In this document: piece by piece, positions 50,791 through 64,000 of the stretch | Layout: the number at the start of each line of letters is the position of its first letter | How positions within the stretch are numbered: position 1 is the first letter of the stretch | From: Sphagnum compactum | Lineage: Eukaryota | Length of the DNA stretch: 64,000 bases | Assembly: GCA_965153455.1 (NCBI GenBank) | Contig: OZ234493.1 | Location: 8,422,213-8,486,212, forward strand | Reading direction: 5' to 3' | Position numbers and translations under genes: made by a program | The notes under the pieces: model-generated | The model's input: the letters and a program-made list of their open reading frames with translations, nothing else | The model's database searches: none | Told to the model about the DNA's origin: nothing

Positions 50791-53700
50791 ATAACTCCAA
50801 GATGGTGTATGCCATGTCCTTTTCTCTTTCTCTATAAGAGTTTGATGTCTCTATGCTTAAGAATCTACATATGCAACAAATCCACCATCCTTATGTTTTA
50901 TTGAAAAGTTTGTGGAATTTGAAGGTGTAATGGTTCTGTAATTGTGTGATTATGATTTGAGCTTGTAATTGTGTAATGGCTTTGTAATTATGTAATTCTA
51001 GAGTTTTTTTTTCAAAACTTTTTGGAATATTTAGGAAAAAATAATTTTGAAACTTTGTTTCTTTGCTATTAGGTTTTGTTTCTACGAGTTATTCATTGCA
51101 TAATGTTAATAGAATAGAAGGTTGCAATTGAGGTACATAATTCTACAATGGATGGACAAGTAAGTTGTTTGGAACTAGGTAGAATACATGATGTTAGTTT
51201 GGGATATAATTATGTACGTTAATTCTTTTAGGGTTAATTGTTTATTGAAATTTTTTTGTAAATGTAATCGTTTGTAGGTTATTCTTGTTTCTAATTGTTT
51301 GCAGTTTACTTAAAGATTTATATTTTTGCATGCTTCTTTTGCAATTTCCATTTCTTCATCTTGCTTTTGGTAGGTAAATTCTAGGAAATGTTAATTATGT
51401 AGTTTGATCAATGTTTGTGCCTATCTCAATTAGATCCCTTTTTAATTTTTCTCTTTTCAAATGTTTAATTAACAATTTTAGAACACGCGTCTTTTACAAC
51501 CTAAAACCTAAACCATGCACTCCATCATAAATTATCAATTTGTAGAGAGATTAACTTTAATTTAATCTAAACCTTAAACCTTAACTAAATTTTGTGTCCT
51601 GCCTAAATCTTGAGCCTTACCCTAAAAGAAATATGTACTTGAAACCTAAATATTAAAGTTGAACCTTAACTTTTTTCTAATTAGGCCTAAATCATGAACC
51701 CTAAAAGTTGAGGCCTAGGACTTAAACCATTTAATTATATAAGATTTTTTTGGTTATACTATTGTGTGTCCAATTCTTTTCTTAGGTTTTATTTAAGTCT
51801 ACAATTTAATTTCCAAAGTGTTATACTTTTGTATGATTATTTTTTTAAGTATAAACAATGGTGAGTTTTTCTTTTTGATTATTTATATATTTGTTCTATA
51901 TTCTTTGGTTTTATTTGTTCTTGTTATTTTTGTTTGTATGGACAACAAACAAGTTGCTTGTTGGCAATTTTGCAATTATAATTGTTTTTTCATGGTATAT
52001 TTGTATATTTTGTTCTCATTTTGTCTATTGTCATTTTTTGTGTTTTCTATTTTTTATACATATGATTTATGTTTTTTTGTTGTTTATAACTTCCTTTTGT
52101 TTTATTTTGCAAGATTATGTGTATTTCCTTGTTTTTACAACTAACTTAGATGCTAGTTTGAACAAAAATAAATGACCAAGGTCCATTCACAGTTGGGGTA
52201 TCAAAAAAAGGAGAAAAGACTAGGACTTTCTTAAGGTTACTTTCTACAAATATTGTTTACATGAAACAAATTTAAGTAAAAAAAACTTGAATGGTCCAAA
52301 ATACGACAATTCATGTGGTGGTGGTGATTTTTCACATGTGTACATAGTTGTGCATGAATATTTTGATTTGCAAGAAGAAATGCAAAAAATGCCAAAATGG
52401 GTTTTAAAAATCAACTAAACATGTTCTTTGCATGATTTTCTTACACATGTGACATGCATCTAAAGTTAATTTTTTTGAACCTAATGAATATATAAAAACT
52501 AGCCAAATGATTTAATAAAGGAATCATTTCCCTTGCAACCCTTTGTTTCAAATTTTGAATATTGTGAAATTATCATATGATTTTTTCTTCATCAAATTGA
52601 CTTAATGAACATGGAGTTGCATAGAGGGAAAACATGGTTATCTTATACATAAAATTTGAAATCAATTGCATCATTTATGCACTCCTTTTGCATTCTTTTA
52701 TAAAAGAATTGTTATATGGACAACTAATTGTAAATTGGTCAAGGACTCAAAAGGATTTTTATAACATCCAAAAATTATTGGATTTTTTTTAAAGCTTTTT
52801 TTCTCAATTTCTAATGATTACACAATAATACGCCATAGTTGCAATATATTGGACATTATGAAAAAATTATGGCAAAGGTTCTAACGATTGGAACTACTTT
52901 TATTAAACAACTTTATAGATCCCTTCCTTGTTTCATTGGGATTTGTTGCTACTCATTTGATTTAGGCCTTCATTTAAGGACATAATTTAGAAAAGGTGAT
53001 CTTATTTTCAAAAACAAGATGAAACATATTGATTCTGGTTGTTTTTTGTATGTTTTCTAACCTGGGTGTGGGTGCATAAAGGGCATGGGCTACAATGGGC
53101 AAAATCCAATATGGATTGAGGATCAAATCCCCTTCATGTCACTTTGTGCTTTTTATTTTGTCCTTTTTTTATGTGACCTTTGTTTGGTTCTATTTTTGTG
53201 CAAAGCTTTCTCCTTATTGGGATGTTTTTCCCTTATTTGATTTGGAATAGTTGTTGGTTGCACATAGGGTTTTGCACATTTAGGTTTATGGTCCTTGTGA
53301 ATGTAAATGGTTGAAGTTTTTTTTGTTTTTGTAATTAGACTAAGAATCAAGCATCATCAACATAATGTTATGTGATTTTTGATGTACATTCATGGATAAA
53401 AACAACTTGCAAGTCTCACAAAAGATTTTAAAGATGAATGTACATGGTTGAGAGCTTTGGTTAATGAAGTGTTCTCTATTGAATCTTGTAAAAAAGTTGC
53501 AAGGGATGAAAAGCTTGTAGATAATAGTATAGAAGGTAGGAATGGGGCTTAAGTTGTAATAACATAATTAGCAAGGTAATAATAATAATTTAGATAGGAA
53601 GATTTTTTTCAACATCACCAACAAATGAAAATTTCACCATTGAAGAGTCATTTCCTTCCACTATTTAGTTGAAAGATGAAGGTAAGCCCTAGCTTGGTCG

Positions 53701-56249
53701 ACATTTTAATGTTTTATGCTTGTAGGTTGAAAATTCAATCTTGCAAAACATTCATGGTGTTGTATACAAAACCAATGCAGTTGAAATTATAATTTGGGTT
53801 TAATTCCTGAAGTAGATATTGACTAAGCCTTGATGTCAAGTTTCCTCAAGGAATATAAGAAAGTGAATTGAATGTTGAAACCATCCTGCAAATGTGTATT
53901 TAAACACATGTTTTTGGAAATTTATATACGTGTTCACTCTTGGTACTTACGACAATAATCCTTTTTGTAGAAATATACAAACAAGTGAATGCATCATTGA
54001 CATACCAAATGTAGTTGACTTGGTTTTTCCTTCATCTTTCTTAGCTTGAAAGTTTTCTTCCATCATTCACTTATTCTAAAGTACCAATGAGATGGTCAAA
54101 GTTGTTAAATATATCATTTATGGGAACTTAATTATGTTCTTTGCCATCCATATTTTTGTGTTGCATATAGTGAGGAAGGCAAACATCATAATAAAGAAAG
54201 TCATTTTAAATTTACATTTTTTTCATTGAATTTAGTTGCAAAATAACAAGTAACCCAAGTCATTCCCTTATGGCTCTTTTTCTTTTTGTAAGGTCCCAAT
54301 TGGTCTATATGTTAGTAAAGTAACATATGTGTGTGGGAGAGGCTAATCAATGGAACAAGTTATATGACTTCAAGAAATAGTTGTAGTAAGGTGTTCAAAT
54401 ATGGATAATGTATCTAACTTGGTCACATTGTTTTTGGCCTTTTCTTTTGTCCAAATTAAGAAAATTGAAGACATCTTGGACCTTGTTCAATGCTAAGATC
54501 AACATCTTTGCAACACCTTCCACATGTGTTGATTTCCTTTTCTCACTTGTATACAAAATTTGGTGTCTTGTAATTGAATTTCACAACAAAAAACAAATGG
54601 GTTGTGAATGGTGCTTTTGCAACATTTTTTTTTTGGTATGGTGAAGTTCATTGATTGTATAAATTTTGACATGTATAAGATATGGCCACTCTAACAATAC
54701 ATGTGTCAAAGGTCCTTGTCTAGAACTATGGAATATTCATATTTTTGTGGCTCTTGATATGTTTGACTTTTTGCACAATAAATACTTCTTACCAACAAGA
54801 TATTATATGATGTTTTTATCCTAGATACAAATTGTGATGGAAATGCATTTGCAAAATTATTTTAGTATGTTTACTCAAATTAACAAAAAGTTTAAAAAAT
54901 ATGGAATATCTAGGTAGGTTTTAGGTTCAATGGTAATTGTCAACTTGGATATTGCAAGTGATGGATTGGATGAAAATTTTATTTTGGGTTACAATTGCTC
55001 TATTCTATTGTTCATATTGTTGTTCTTTTGTAGATGGAGAGCTTTAACCAAGTCATGAAGGGCTTGCTTTGAAGGAATGTCAGGAGTTTCTAGTTTTGGT
55101 GTTCATAAAGGTTATCATGTCAAATTCAAATGTGTATGTGACATTTTGTTAGTAATGTGGTCACAAATACAAGGGCGGTGCTTCTACTTCTAGGCCAAAG
55201 ATAGGCACCTTCAATACTCATTCATGTTTTGCCTCAACTAGTTGTTATTAAGGTTTTCTTTTCATTATTTGCCATAAACGTGCAAGGAAGATTCATGAAG
55301 TAGCTATTAGAATGTTAAGAAAGCTCGTGAAATATGATACATTGTTAGGTTCTATAATCAGCTTGAAGTAGTTCGTGTCCTAAAAAAAGGCACAAAAGTT
55401 GAATGTTTTATTTGAGCTAGTAACCTCTCGTGTTGAAGCACTTGTTGCCACCATTCTACATTGTGCAAATTCCAATAGTCGCATAAACTCAAAGCTTGAA
55501 AAATGGTGTAGCCACATGAACATACAACATTATGCAAGTTCTTGTCATAGAGTTATGAACATACACAAATTCTCATATCCACATCTAGAGAGATAAACAT
55601 ACTTGGGTGTGGCCAATTAAATGCACCTACCCAAATTAAAAAGAACCTCTTTGGCATGCCACCACACATGAATCGAAGCCATCCACCTTACTTGTGAAAT
55701 CCTTAAAAAAAACATTGGTTTGGAGGGGTCAACATAAATCAATAAAAGAAGTGTCATCAATGAAGCTTTAAAATATGCATATTACATTTTTCCGCTTCAA
55801 ATTGCCATTCAAAAGGTTAATGTTTTACAAATCAAATGAATCAAAAGGCCATTCTCTTCGAATTATGTTTCAAGAAGCATCAAAATAAAATTAATAAACC
55901 TAACAAACATGTAATGTAATGAATGAGATGGGTTAACGAATCCAAAATGGTTTTAACCTTTACATGTTCATATATGAATATATGTCATCACCAAAAATGA
56001 TGTATTTTGGCACTAAACTTAATTCTTAAATTTTCCATTAAGACACAAGTGTGCCACATTTTTAAAGAAATTGGAGATTTCATCAATGTAACAAACTTTT
56101 AAAAATAGCTCATATATTCATGAAATACATCAATCATTAAATGGTGAAAAAAAGGGTGCATTTGTAATGCTAGAAGGCATAACAAGTAGCCTTATTTGTG
56201 CTAGCACAACTAGCCTTAAAATAGCTAAATTAAAATTAAAAATTAAAAA

Positions 56250-56490
56250 ATGAAATAATTTGTAAGAGTTTCAATTGCCAAAAGTGGGGAAAATTTAGTA
56301 AAATTTGCGAAATTCCTTTTTTTCCCCCCCCAATAAGTAGCCAAAATTATGAAAGTATCATTAATAATTTGTACTTCATATCTAGTTTATTGCCAGATTT
56401 GACTAAATCTTTCCCGGGATGGTCATCACTTTTGCTACATCTTCCTATGGATGATCATCACTTTGGCTGGATCACAAAATTCTTTAAAAA
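56250..56490 (+). repeat. Dispersed repeat family B copy
   Basis: Similar to 34750-35000. Confidence 0.6.
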
Positions 56491-57574
56491 ACCGCTGATA
56501 ACAACATGCTCAAAATGACCATAAAATGCTTAATTTTTTTGTTCTTTATCCTTCACTTTGATACACAATGGATGGAATTATTCAACATCATCAATTATGG
56601 GTGGAATTATTCAACATCATCAATTATGGATGAATTGGATGTTCATGGATGACCTCTCTGTAAGCAATAAGTATCTAAATAACTCTGGTGAGCATTCCAT
56701 TTTTTGAAACAACCCAAAACAATGGAGGAAAAAATATACCGGGTGACATGCCTAATTGCACTTAAAAAATAAATTGGAACGGGTCTTTACATATCTATGA
56801 AATTGTAGAAAAACTACAATTTTGGCTGCAACAACCCAACACTGGTATACATTGGTTTAGAAAACCCATCCAGCTTATGTTGATCTAGTCTGCATCACAA
56901 GCATCAAACACAATCTTGGATCAAGCAATTTTGGCTACAAATTGTTGAAGTTCAACACTTGATGTCTGATATGCAATTTGCTACCATTTGTGCCACTTAA
57001 AATTTTGCACTAATGAGACTTCCGCTTGAACCAGTGTTGATACCTGAATAGTATAAGAAGAAAAAAAAACTCTACAATTATTACTATCTGGAACTGCCAA
57101 CCACAACTTTGACAAATTATTAATAGCAGCCTGGACTTTTATTTTGGGAAAAAGAAAAAGAAAAAGAAAAAGAAACTCAGTACCCAACTGGTCCTACTTT
57201 TGTCAAAAAGATGTTATGACCACAAACCTGGCTGTCAAGTCATCACTCACATGCACGCCATAGATATCGGGTTCTGGAGATTGCAACATATAAAATAACA
57301 TAGATAATCAGCAACTGCCTACCATGACAGCACCTCTGTTTCCTTTCAGCAGAGACAACATTATGATCCTTCTGAACACTCTACTTCATCAGGCAAGAGA
57401 GTTCACGAAAATGAAAAATGGTGGGTCACATATGAGTTCAACCAGGTAACCAGGTAAAGTTCAATCACTTTACAGCTTGTAAAGTGTTAGTGAAAATCTG
57501 GCAAGAAATGAACCCTGAATAGGTTGATTGCATTGAGTTGTGCAGCAACTTTATCTTTCTGTGTAGTCTCCCAT

Positions 57575-60250
57575 CTAGCAACCAGGGCCAGAACAAAACC
57601 TGGCTGTGACTTCAAGTATCTGCGCCTCTAGATTTTCCAAACTCCCTGCGTCCCTACCTGTCATCTGCATCCAAATACAATAAGCAATTAAAAGTCTCTG
57701 CCAAAGGCCATACATGAGCACCCACATTCCTAGATGCAAAATTTGTGCTGGCTATGCACATCAACATTTCTTGATTTATCCAACATGGACAACACTAGAA
57801 ACACGTAGGAATTCTAGAGAGGGACTCAGAGGATATTCCTTTCATGAACAGAAGAAAGAATGCACCGTGTCTGCTGATGATCAGACAATTACTATTTTCT
57901 TCTCGTAATTACATACTGGCTCCTTCGACAGAAGGACACCTTTTCACCATTGTGACATGGTTTATTATATTCTTTCCCAATGGAGAAGCCTCTCAACATG
58001 TAAACTTTTGGATCAGTGACATCTTGCATGTACCATGTGACAGACAAAATACACTACTTACAGTTTGGCCATATTGTTGTACAAGCACTTGTGATCAACT
58101 GTAATGGGACTGACAGAGCATAAAAAAAGATTTCGGAAGAATTTCTCAAACCTGTGCAATAAAAGTGCAAGTTGCCTGCTCAGATCCATTGATGGCTGTA
58201 ATGTTGGAGTAGATGATGTTCAGACCCAATGCATCAAGGGCTTTGCTGAGTTGCAATAGTGACCCTGGTTTTCTTTGGCATGAAACTTGCACATTGTACA
58301 TTCCTTCCAGTTCTGATACTGAAATCTGCCCAGCAAAAAAATTGTCAGGTTAACACAGCTCTTGGAATTTGTCCTCAATATTTCATCTTCTGTGAAAAAT
58401 ACCATGTATCTTCTTCTATACATGACACATAAGATTCATTAGTTTTGACAAAACCTGGTTGCTTTGGTGGGGCTGGTGGTCAACAGCAGCATGTGGCTCT
58501 TGGTTTTTGTGGTTAAGGTAGTAGACATTGTCTTTAGCTGTGCCTTGATATTCTCCATTTATACCTCCATTGACTTCATCATCCTCAGATTGGCCACCAT
58601 TAACAATGTTTGAGCTTCTTTTCTCCACACTCAAAAATGAGATCATCTTCTCATCCTTCACAACGTCATCCTCAAGCATTTTCAGTTGCTCCTCAAGATT
58701 CTGCAAGTATGTGATCGCATCTGCCAAAATTGAAGCTTTGTCCATCTGCACCAATAACACATGCTATTTCAGCACAGCAGCTTGGTCAGAGATTCACAAA
58801 TCTGATAGCAGAGAACATAGTCAATATATCTAGTCTTTGTCAAAGGACCATCCCAGACCTGAACCCATTGGAACTGGTGTTCGTGATTTTGCATCTGAAT
58901 TTGAGTTTGAATTTGAGTTTTTGAGATTCCTCTTGTGAAAACACCATGACAGTTTGGGGTATTCACCAATTTGTAGTCCAATCAGGACATATGCCACATC
59001 TAGTCAGATACTGGGTGACTGCCCCTGTATGTGGATGGCATAGATGAGTACATCCTAACCAAATCTAGTTTGGTCACACTTCCCAATCTCCAGATTTGAA
59101 ATGGGAAAATACAAAGAGTAGGAGACACAGCCAGTTTCCTCTCATACAATGGCCTGTTCATAGCCTCTGTAATCAACACCTGACATCAGGTAAGCAATGA
59201 GAACCCACCCAAAATGGAATAGTTTTTTTGTGGTTGAATCTCAAATCTCACCTTGCTGATGATGGGCACAACTGATCGCAATCTGTACAAGCTTTGATTA
59301 AGTTTCTTCCTTCGATTGCGTTCTGACACAAGATTTCTGGACATAAAAGTTCCTGCCAATATTTGCTCAAACCCACCCTCAATCTCCTCATGTTCCTCCA
59401 GTTGATCCATTGCAGATTCCCATATATCATCTTGTCCAGTGTTGTTTTGTGTTCTCTCACTACCCATGTGGTTCCCTTGTGGATATTGTCTACAATCTTG
59501 AGGTTCAAGACTTTCTGCAAGTTGCCTAGCAGTCATGTTATGGTCAGGAGGAGATCCATGCAGACTGGACTGGGACTGACATAATTTGATACCTGCAGCA
59601 GTGTGAAATTGATTGCACCACGATCCCTGCATCTCAACACGACCAGGAAGACTTTTGCAGGTTGCATTCCTCAACGAAATTCTCTCTTGGACTGCTGCAA
59701 AGCCCTTGTTCTCATCAGACCGAGTTTGAAAGTTCCTACTCTGTATCTGCTCAGAACCATGTGATTCAGTGCAGGATGTAACTAAAGCAGGTAAAGGTGC
59801 ACAGACTTGATCATCCCTAGTGGCATCCAGTGGACATAAGTTATGTTTGCTTATTGTATTCCTTACAGCTGGATGTAGTGGTCTGTTCTGCAATCCAGCA
59901 GCCTGTCTGCACCTTGACGATTCCATAGTGCTAAGGACTATGTTCAGGATTTCTCCAGAGACATAATTTGTCCCTGAGGAATTGTTTGGAAGCACCACAG
60001 GTGAAGAAGATAAGACTGGAGACTCTAGCTGTTGTGTGCAAAAATCTTGTGGTACAAACATAGGGTCTCTACCAAATTGCACTGGCAGAGGCACATTTGC
60101 AGCAGATGTTCTGAGAGATTGCTCCACTCCCGTCAGACTTTCCCATGTCTCTTCCCTTGGGCCATCCCCACTGGCCATTCCTGGGCATTTTTCCAGACAC
60201 ACCAAAAGCTCCATGTTAGAGATGGGGGCTACTACTGCAGACAAGCCCAT
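57575..60250 (-). CDS. bHLH transcription factor with C-terminal ACT-like domain (subfamily III, bHLH27/35-like basic region); 4 exons, ~517 aa
   Basis: Exons 60250-59252, 58745-58455, 58325-58152, 57664-57575, all phase 0 and GT-AG. bHLH SRNLVSERNRRKKLNQSLYRLRSVVPIISK|MDKASILADAITYLQNL; ACT-like YNVQVSCQRKPGSLLQLSKALDALGLNIIYSNIT. An in-frame TAG lies just upstream of ATG 60250. Confidence 0.88.
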
Positions 60251-61204
60251 AATGTGAAACTAGTTTTAGGATTCCACTCATAGACTGAATTCTTCAATCA
60301 GGTCCAGAAATTTCTGCAGCCCAGCAAGGCCAGACACATGATGGGTACGTTGAAAACTCAGGGTTTGCTGTTGCCTTCACCATGAAAAGATGGTTGGATG
60401 CAACAAGGCTGTGTTTCACACTGTATTGAAGCTGTGTGAAAACCTGGGGGCTTCAGTCCTTGGATGAAGAGCCATAAGGACAAAGGGACACTCAGTTATG
60501 CTTGCTCAACAGTACTTCACAACACATTTCTGCAAAGAATACAATCAGGTGACGGCAGACTTGCAGCTAACCTTGCACAGGTTGACAATGGTGGGGAGTG
60601 GACCTAGACAGGGGGAACTGCTCTCTTGAGTCAATAAAGCTGTGCCAATCACCAGCTTGTGCTCTATTTTCAGAGCTGCAGCCACCCACAAAATCAAAGA
60701 CATGTTCAACCATACACTTGAAGAAGTCATTTGAAACTTTTGAGCATTTGTGTGGCAATAACTCAAGGTGGCTTGCTCTGCTCCATCATGATGTCAGGGC
60801 CCCCTATAGGATCCTTGAGAGTTTGAAAGGTAGATACCGAGGCCTAATTAAAGCTGTGACTAACAATAATGGTGCCCAGAGTTGACAACTTCTTTGCCAG
60901 CTCCTGCTGCTGAAGGTGCGAATCTGTTTGACATATGTGACCTTAAGATCCTCCAGTCTCTTCCCCCTTCCACTACAAATCAAGCTATTTTGTTCAAAAA
61001 AACATTATTTCATGAACACACACCTGAGCAGCTGCTCTGGGTAACAGCAACTAGTTTAGCCTCAACTCCTGTGATACTTGTGATGCAATCTTCAACTTTC
61101 TTGTTGATCAATCAACATCTGCAGGCAAGGAAACAAAACCCACATGAACTGTGATCAAAGGTCAAATATACCCTGCTCCATCACCTGTCATTTAAGACTT
61201 AATC

Positions 61205-61640
61205 CTTAAATCCAATCTTCAATTTTGCAAAACAACAAAAGCATAGTGCGGCAGCAATTTGACCTGCAAGCTCTTCTGAAAGGAAAGACCACTAAGTCTT
61301 AAAATCCAATTTTCAATTAGTGCCACTTTTGCAACAAAAAGAGAACACAAAAGACTAGTGAAGCATCGTCATTTGAGCTGCAACAGCTCTTCCAAAGAGA
61401 AAGACCTAAGTCTTCAATTCAATCTTCAATAGGCCTCTTTGCTGCTGCAGCAGCAGCAGCAGCATCAGCAGGAAAGAGGACACAAAAGCATACTACAACG
61501 TTTATTTGAGCTGCTGCAACTCTTCCAAACAGAAAGTCCCAAGTCTTAAATCCAAAATATTCAATAGGCGTCTTTACTGAAGCAACAAGAAAGAGGACTC
61601 AAAGCATAGAGTGCTGCTGCAGCAGCAGCAAGCTCTTCCC
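61205..61640. repeat. Degenerate tandem repeat (~4 units of ~95-135 bp) in the inferred 5' UTR intron of the bHLH gene
   Basis: cttaaatccaat.ttcaat...caaaagcata...tttgagctgcaa..gctcttcc...gaaagacc..aagt recurs. Confidence 0.75.
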
Positions 61641-62049
61641 ATCCCAATTATCATCTAGGTCAAAAAGCTTGCATTAACAACCCTATTGAAATTTTTTTCT
61701 CTCTAAAAAAGAAGCAAAACTCCAGAGAGTAGCTAGAAGAGCAAAGAGTTAACCTTCCAAACTGCATAAATCCAAATGATAGGATCACCTGGAGCTTGAA
61801 CTCTGGAGCTTGAAATGTGGATGCACCACGCATCTCTCCCTCTCCTCCCGCGGCACACACAGAGAGCAGAAGAAAAGCACCAAGAAAAAAAACCCTAGAA
61901 ATAAATAATAATAATTTCAATTTCAATTTTAAATTAATTAAATTAAAAATAGAGCTCTTCTAGGGGCTACTTTTTGCTACAAATAGTTACTACAGGGGCC
62001 CGCAATGATTTTTTATATTTTATTTTATATTTTATTTTTCCTGTTTTTG

Positions 62050-62330
62050 CTCTTTCCAATTTTGTGATTTAGATGAAGTGGCGATTGTGGCGATTATCCA
62101 TAAGATGATTTAGTCAGATTTGGCGACAAGAAAATATCAAAGTAAAAAAAAAAAACAATCTTTAGCATCCTTCTATAATTTTAGCCACTTGGGATAGAAT
62201 CTAGTAATTTGTTTCAAAAAATTAGATTTTTTTTTCAAATTTTTGGTGACTTAAAAAACTTCAAAAAACACTAAATTTTTGCCAATTTGATTATTTATTT
62301 TTTGCCATTTGGCAAAAAAATTTGCCCAAA
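62050..62330 (-). repeat. Dispersed repeat family B copy (inverted)
   Basis: aagtggcgat, gatttagtcagatttggc and catccttctataattttagc are reverse-complement matches to blocks in 34850-34975. Confidence 0.6.
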
Positions 62331-62571
62331 AAAACACTGTGTAACAAGTGCAGCTTCAAACTCATGTGTCTCCAATAATGGATGAATTTTGAAGATAGAC
62401 TCCATGCAGATTTTGTGGACATTCTTCCCTATCCATCCATTGACACAATATTCCAGAATGGAATTTGATTAGATATGTAATTCCCATTTTTTTAAACTAC
62501 CCTCTACCCAAGGACAATAGAGTTATCCGTAAAGTAAGAAAAACACAGCACCAGAAGAACCCTGAGTTTAA

Positions 62572-62715
62572 TAGCATTCAATAGGGGAGGAAACTCATAA
62601 AAACCACCAATTTTGGTTGTAAACTGAGTTTCATCCTGTCTTTCCTGAGCGCCTGCACTGCTGCTACATATATTTCCACTGCTCCTAACTGTACAATTAC
62701 TATAATTAGTCTCGA
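62572..62715. repeat. Inverted copy of the 48900-49051 hairpin element
   Basis: Reverse complement matches gagactaattatagta.ttgtacagttaggagcag...gaaactcagtttac.accaaaattg.tggtttt.tgagttt...ttgaatgcta. Confidence 0.85.
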
Positions 62716-62811
62716 AGTGCCAAGATTGGTTGAGTTTTCCACAAGCTTCTATAGCTTGCTATTGTAAGAGGTGTAACAAGTTGTTTGGGTGGTGGGTTTT
62801 TTTCTTTTGGG

Positions 62812-63882
62812 TTATTACATAATGTAAAGGGCGTCGTGGTCGTCAGGCGTGGTCTGGCGTGGTCGTCAGGCGTGGTCGTGATGAAATGAAGCTTTTTTCA
62901 TTCATCATCTGACCCGTCCATCCCCCGGCAACGTCGTGGTCGTGAAGCTTCGGGATGAAATCAAGCTTTCCATGCAGACGTCGGGATGAAATGAAACTTT
63001 CCATCCGTCCGTCCGTCCGTCATCCATCCCGTCATCCGTCCCGTCATCCATCCAAACAGAACAAATATATATTTTGAAAAGGGAGAAAACTAGAAAAAAA
63101 ATAAAAACAGAAAAACACTTTAACAATTAGAAACTTTTTGTAAACACTTAAACATGAAACAAAAAAGGGAAATACAGTAAAATAATCTTAAAAGAAAATT
63201 AAAAAATAGATGACAAAAAATAAGAAACAAAACAGAGAGCAAAAGAAAGAAAAAAAAAACCATACTTGAAAAAAAAAAGAGGTTTGTCTTCTTTTTCCAA
63301 ACTTCAAACCTGCATCTAATCAAAAAAAAAATTATTTTTATTATAAAACATATTAGAAAAACTAGAATATTTTTTGGAAAGAAAATAGAAACTAAATAAA
63401 TAAAGGCATAATTTTTAAAAAAAATGAAGATAGACAAAATAAGAATAGAAAAAATTAAAACATGAAACAAACATAAACAAAAAAGTAAAACACAAAAACT
63501 ATAAAAAAGGAATGGAAACAAATGAAACAAGGAAAGGGAAATACAGTAAAATCACTTTAAAGAAAAAAAATTACAAAAAAGAAGAAACCAAATAAAGAGT
63601 AGGAAATAAGAAAAAATAAAACTTATAATAATGAAGAAAAACCCTACTTGAAAAAGAATGAGGTGTGTCTTCTTTCTCCAAACTTCAAACTTGCATCCAA
63701 GTAAACAAAAATACAAAAGTGAAAAAGAAACACTTTATTTTTATTTTACAAAATAATAATAAAAACAGAAAACACATAAAAATAAAAAATAAAAAAGATA
63801 AAAGTTTTTAAAAAAAACTAAAACATGAACCAAACATTGTTGAAATAACACACCTGTGCATTAGGCACGGGGTTCAAACTAG
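62812..63882 (+). mobile_element. Non-autonomous Helitron, ~1.07 kb
   Basis: 3' hairpin cctgtgc-attag-gcacggg (63853-63871), then CTAG (63879-63882) followed by T. Body nearly identical to 33719-34685. The 5' part carries extra cgtggtcgtcagg repeats. Confidence 0.82.
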
Positions 63883-64000
63883 TTAATGTTTAAAGGTGAT
63901 GTGTGGTGACAATGTCATTTGGGGTGTGGGGTAGCTCCATCGATAAAACAAGAAAACAAAATGGAAAAAAATGAAGAACTTACTTGCACAATACGACCGA

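Noticed and set aside
51500-51730. Telomere-like aaccta/aaccct words
   Set aside because: Scattered and degenerate, not a tandem TTTAGGG array.

Overview
This is eukaryotic nuclear DNA from a land plant. Gene content and repeat landscape suggest a moss, possibly Sphagnum (inferred, not proven). Five intact protein-coding genes could be modelled by hand with GT-AG introns and consistent frames: a MEI2-like RRM protein (-, 12 coding exons), an HDA5-type class II histone deacetylase (+, 14 exons), plastid ClpR1 (+, 2 exons), TIM23 (-, intronless CDS) and a subfamily III bHLH-ACT factor (-, 4 exons). AT-rich intergenic DNA holds two decayed pogo-like transposases, a decayed LINE, three pieces of a non-autonomous Helitron family, MITEs, dispersed and tandem repeats, and probable pseudogene debris. 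The standout is a ~2.7 kb Penelope-like retroelement inside MEI2-like intron 4. It carries the CxC/HGH linker of the Naiad/Chlamys clade, is bracketed by a 51-bp direct repeat, and has a 3' UTR that appears to fold into a multibranch RNA with a possible kissing loop. All calls come from motif recognition and manual translation or folding; no searches were run.
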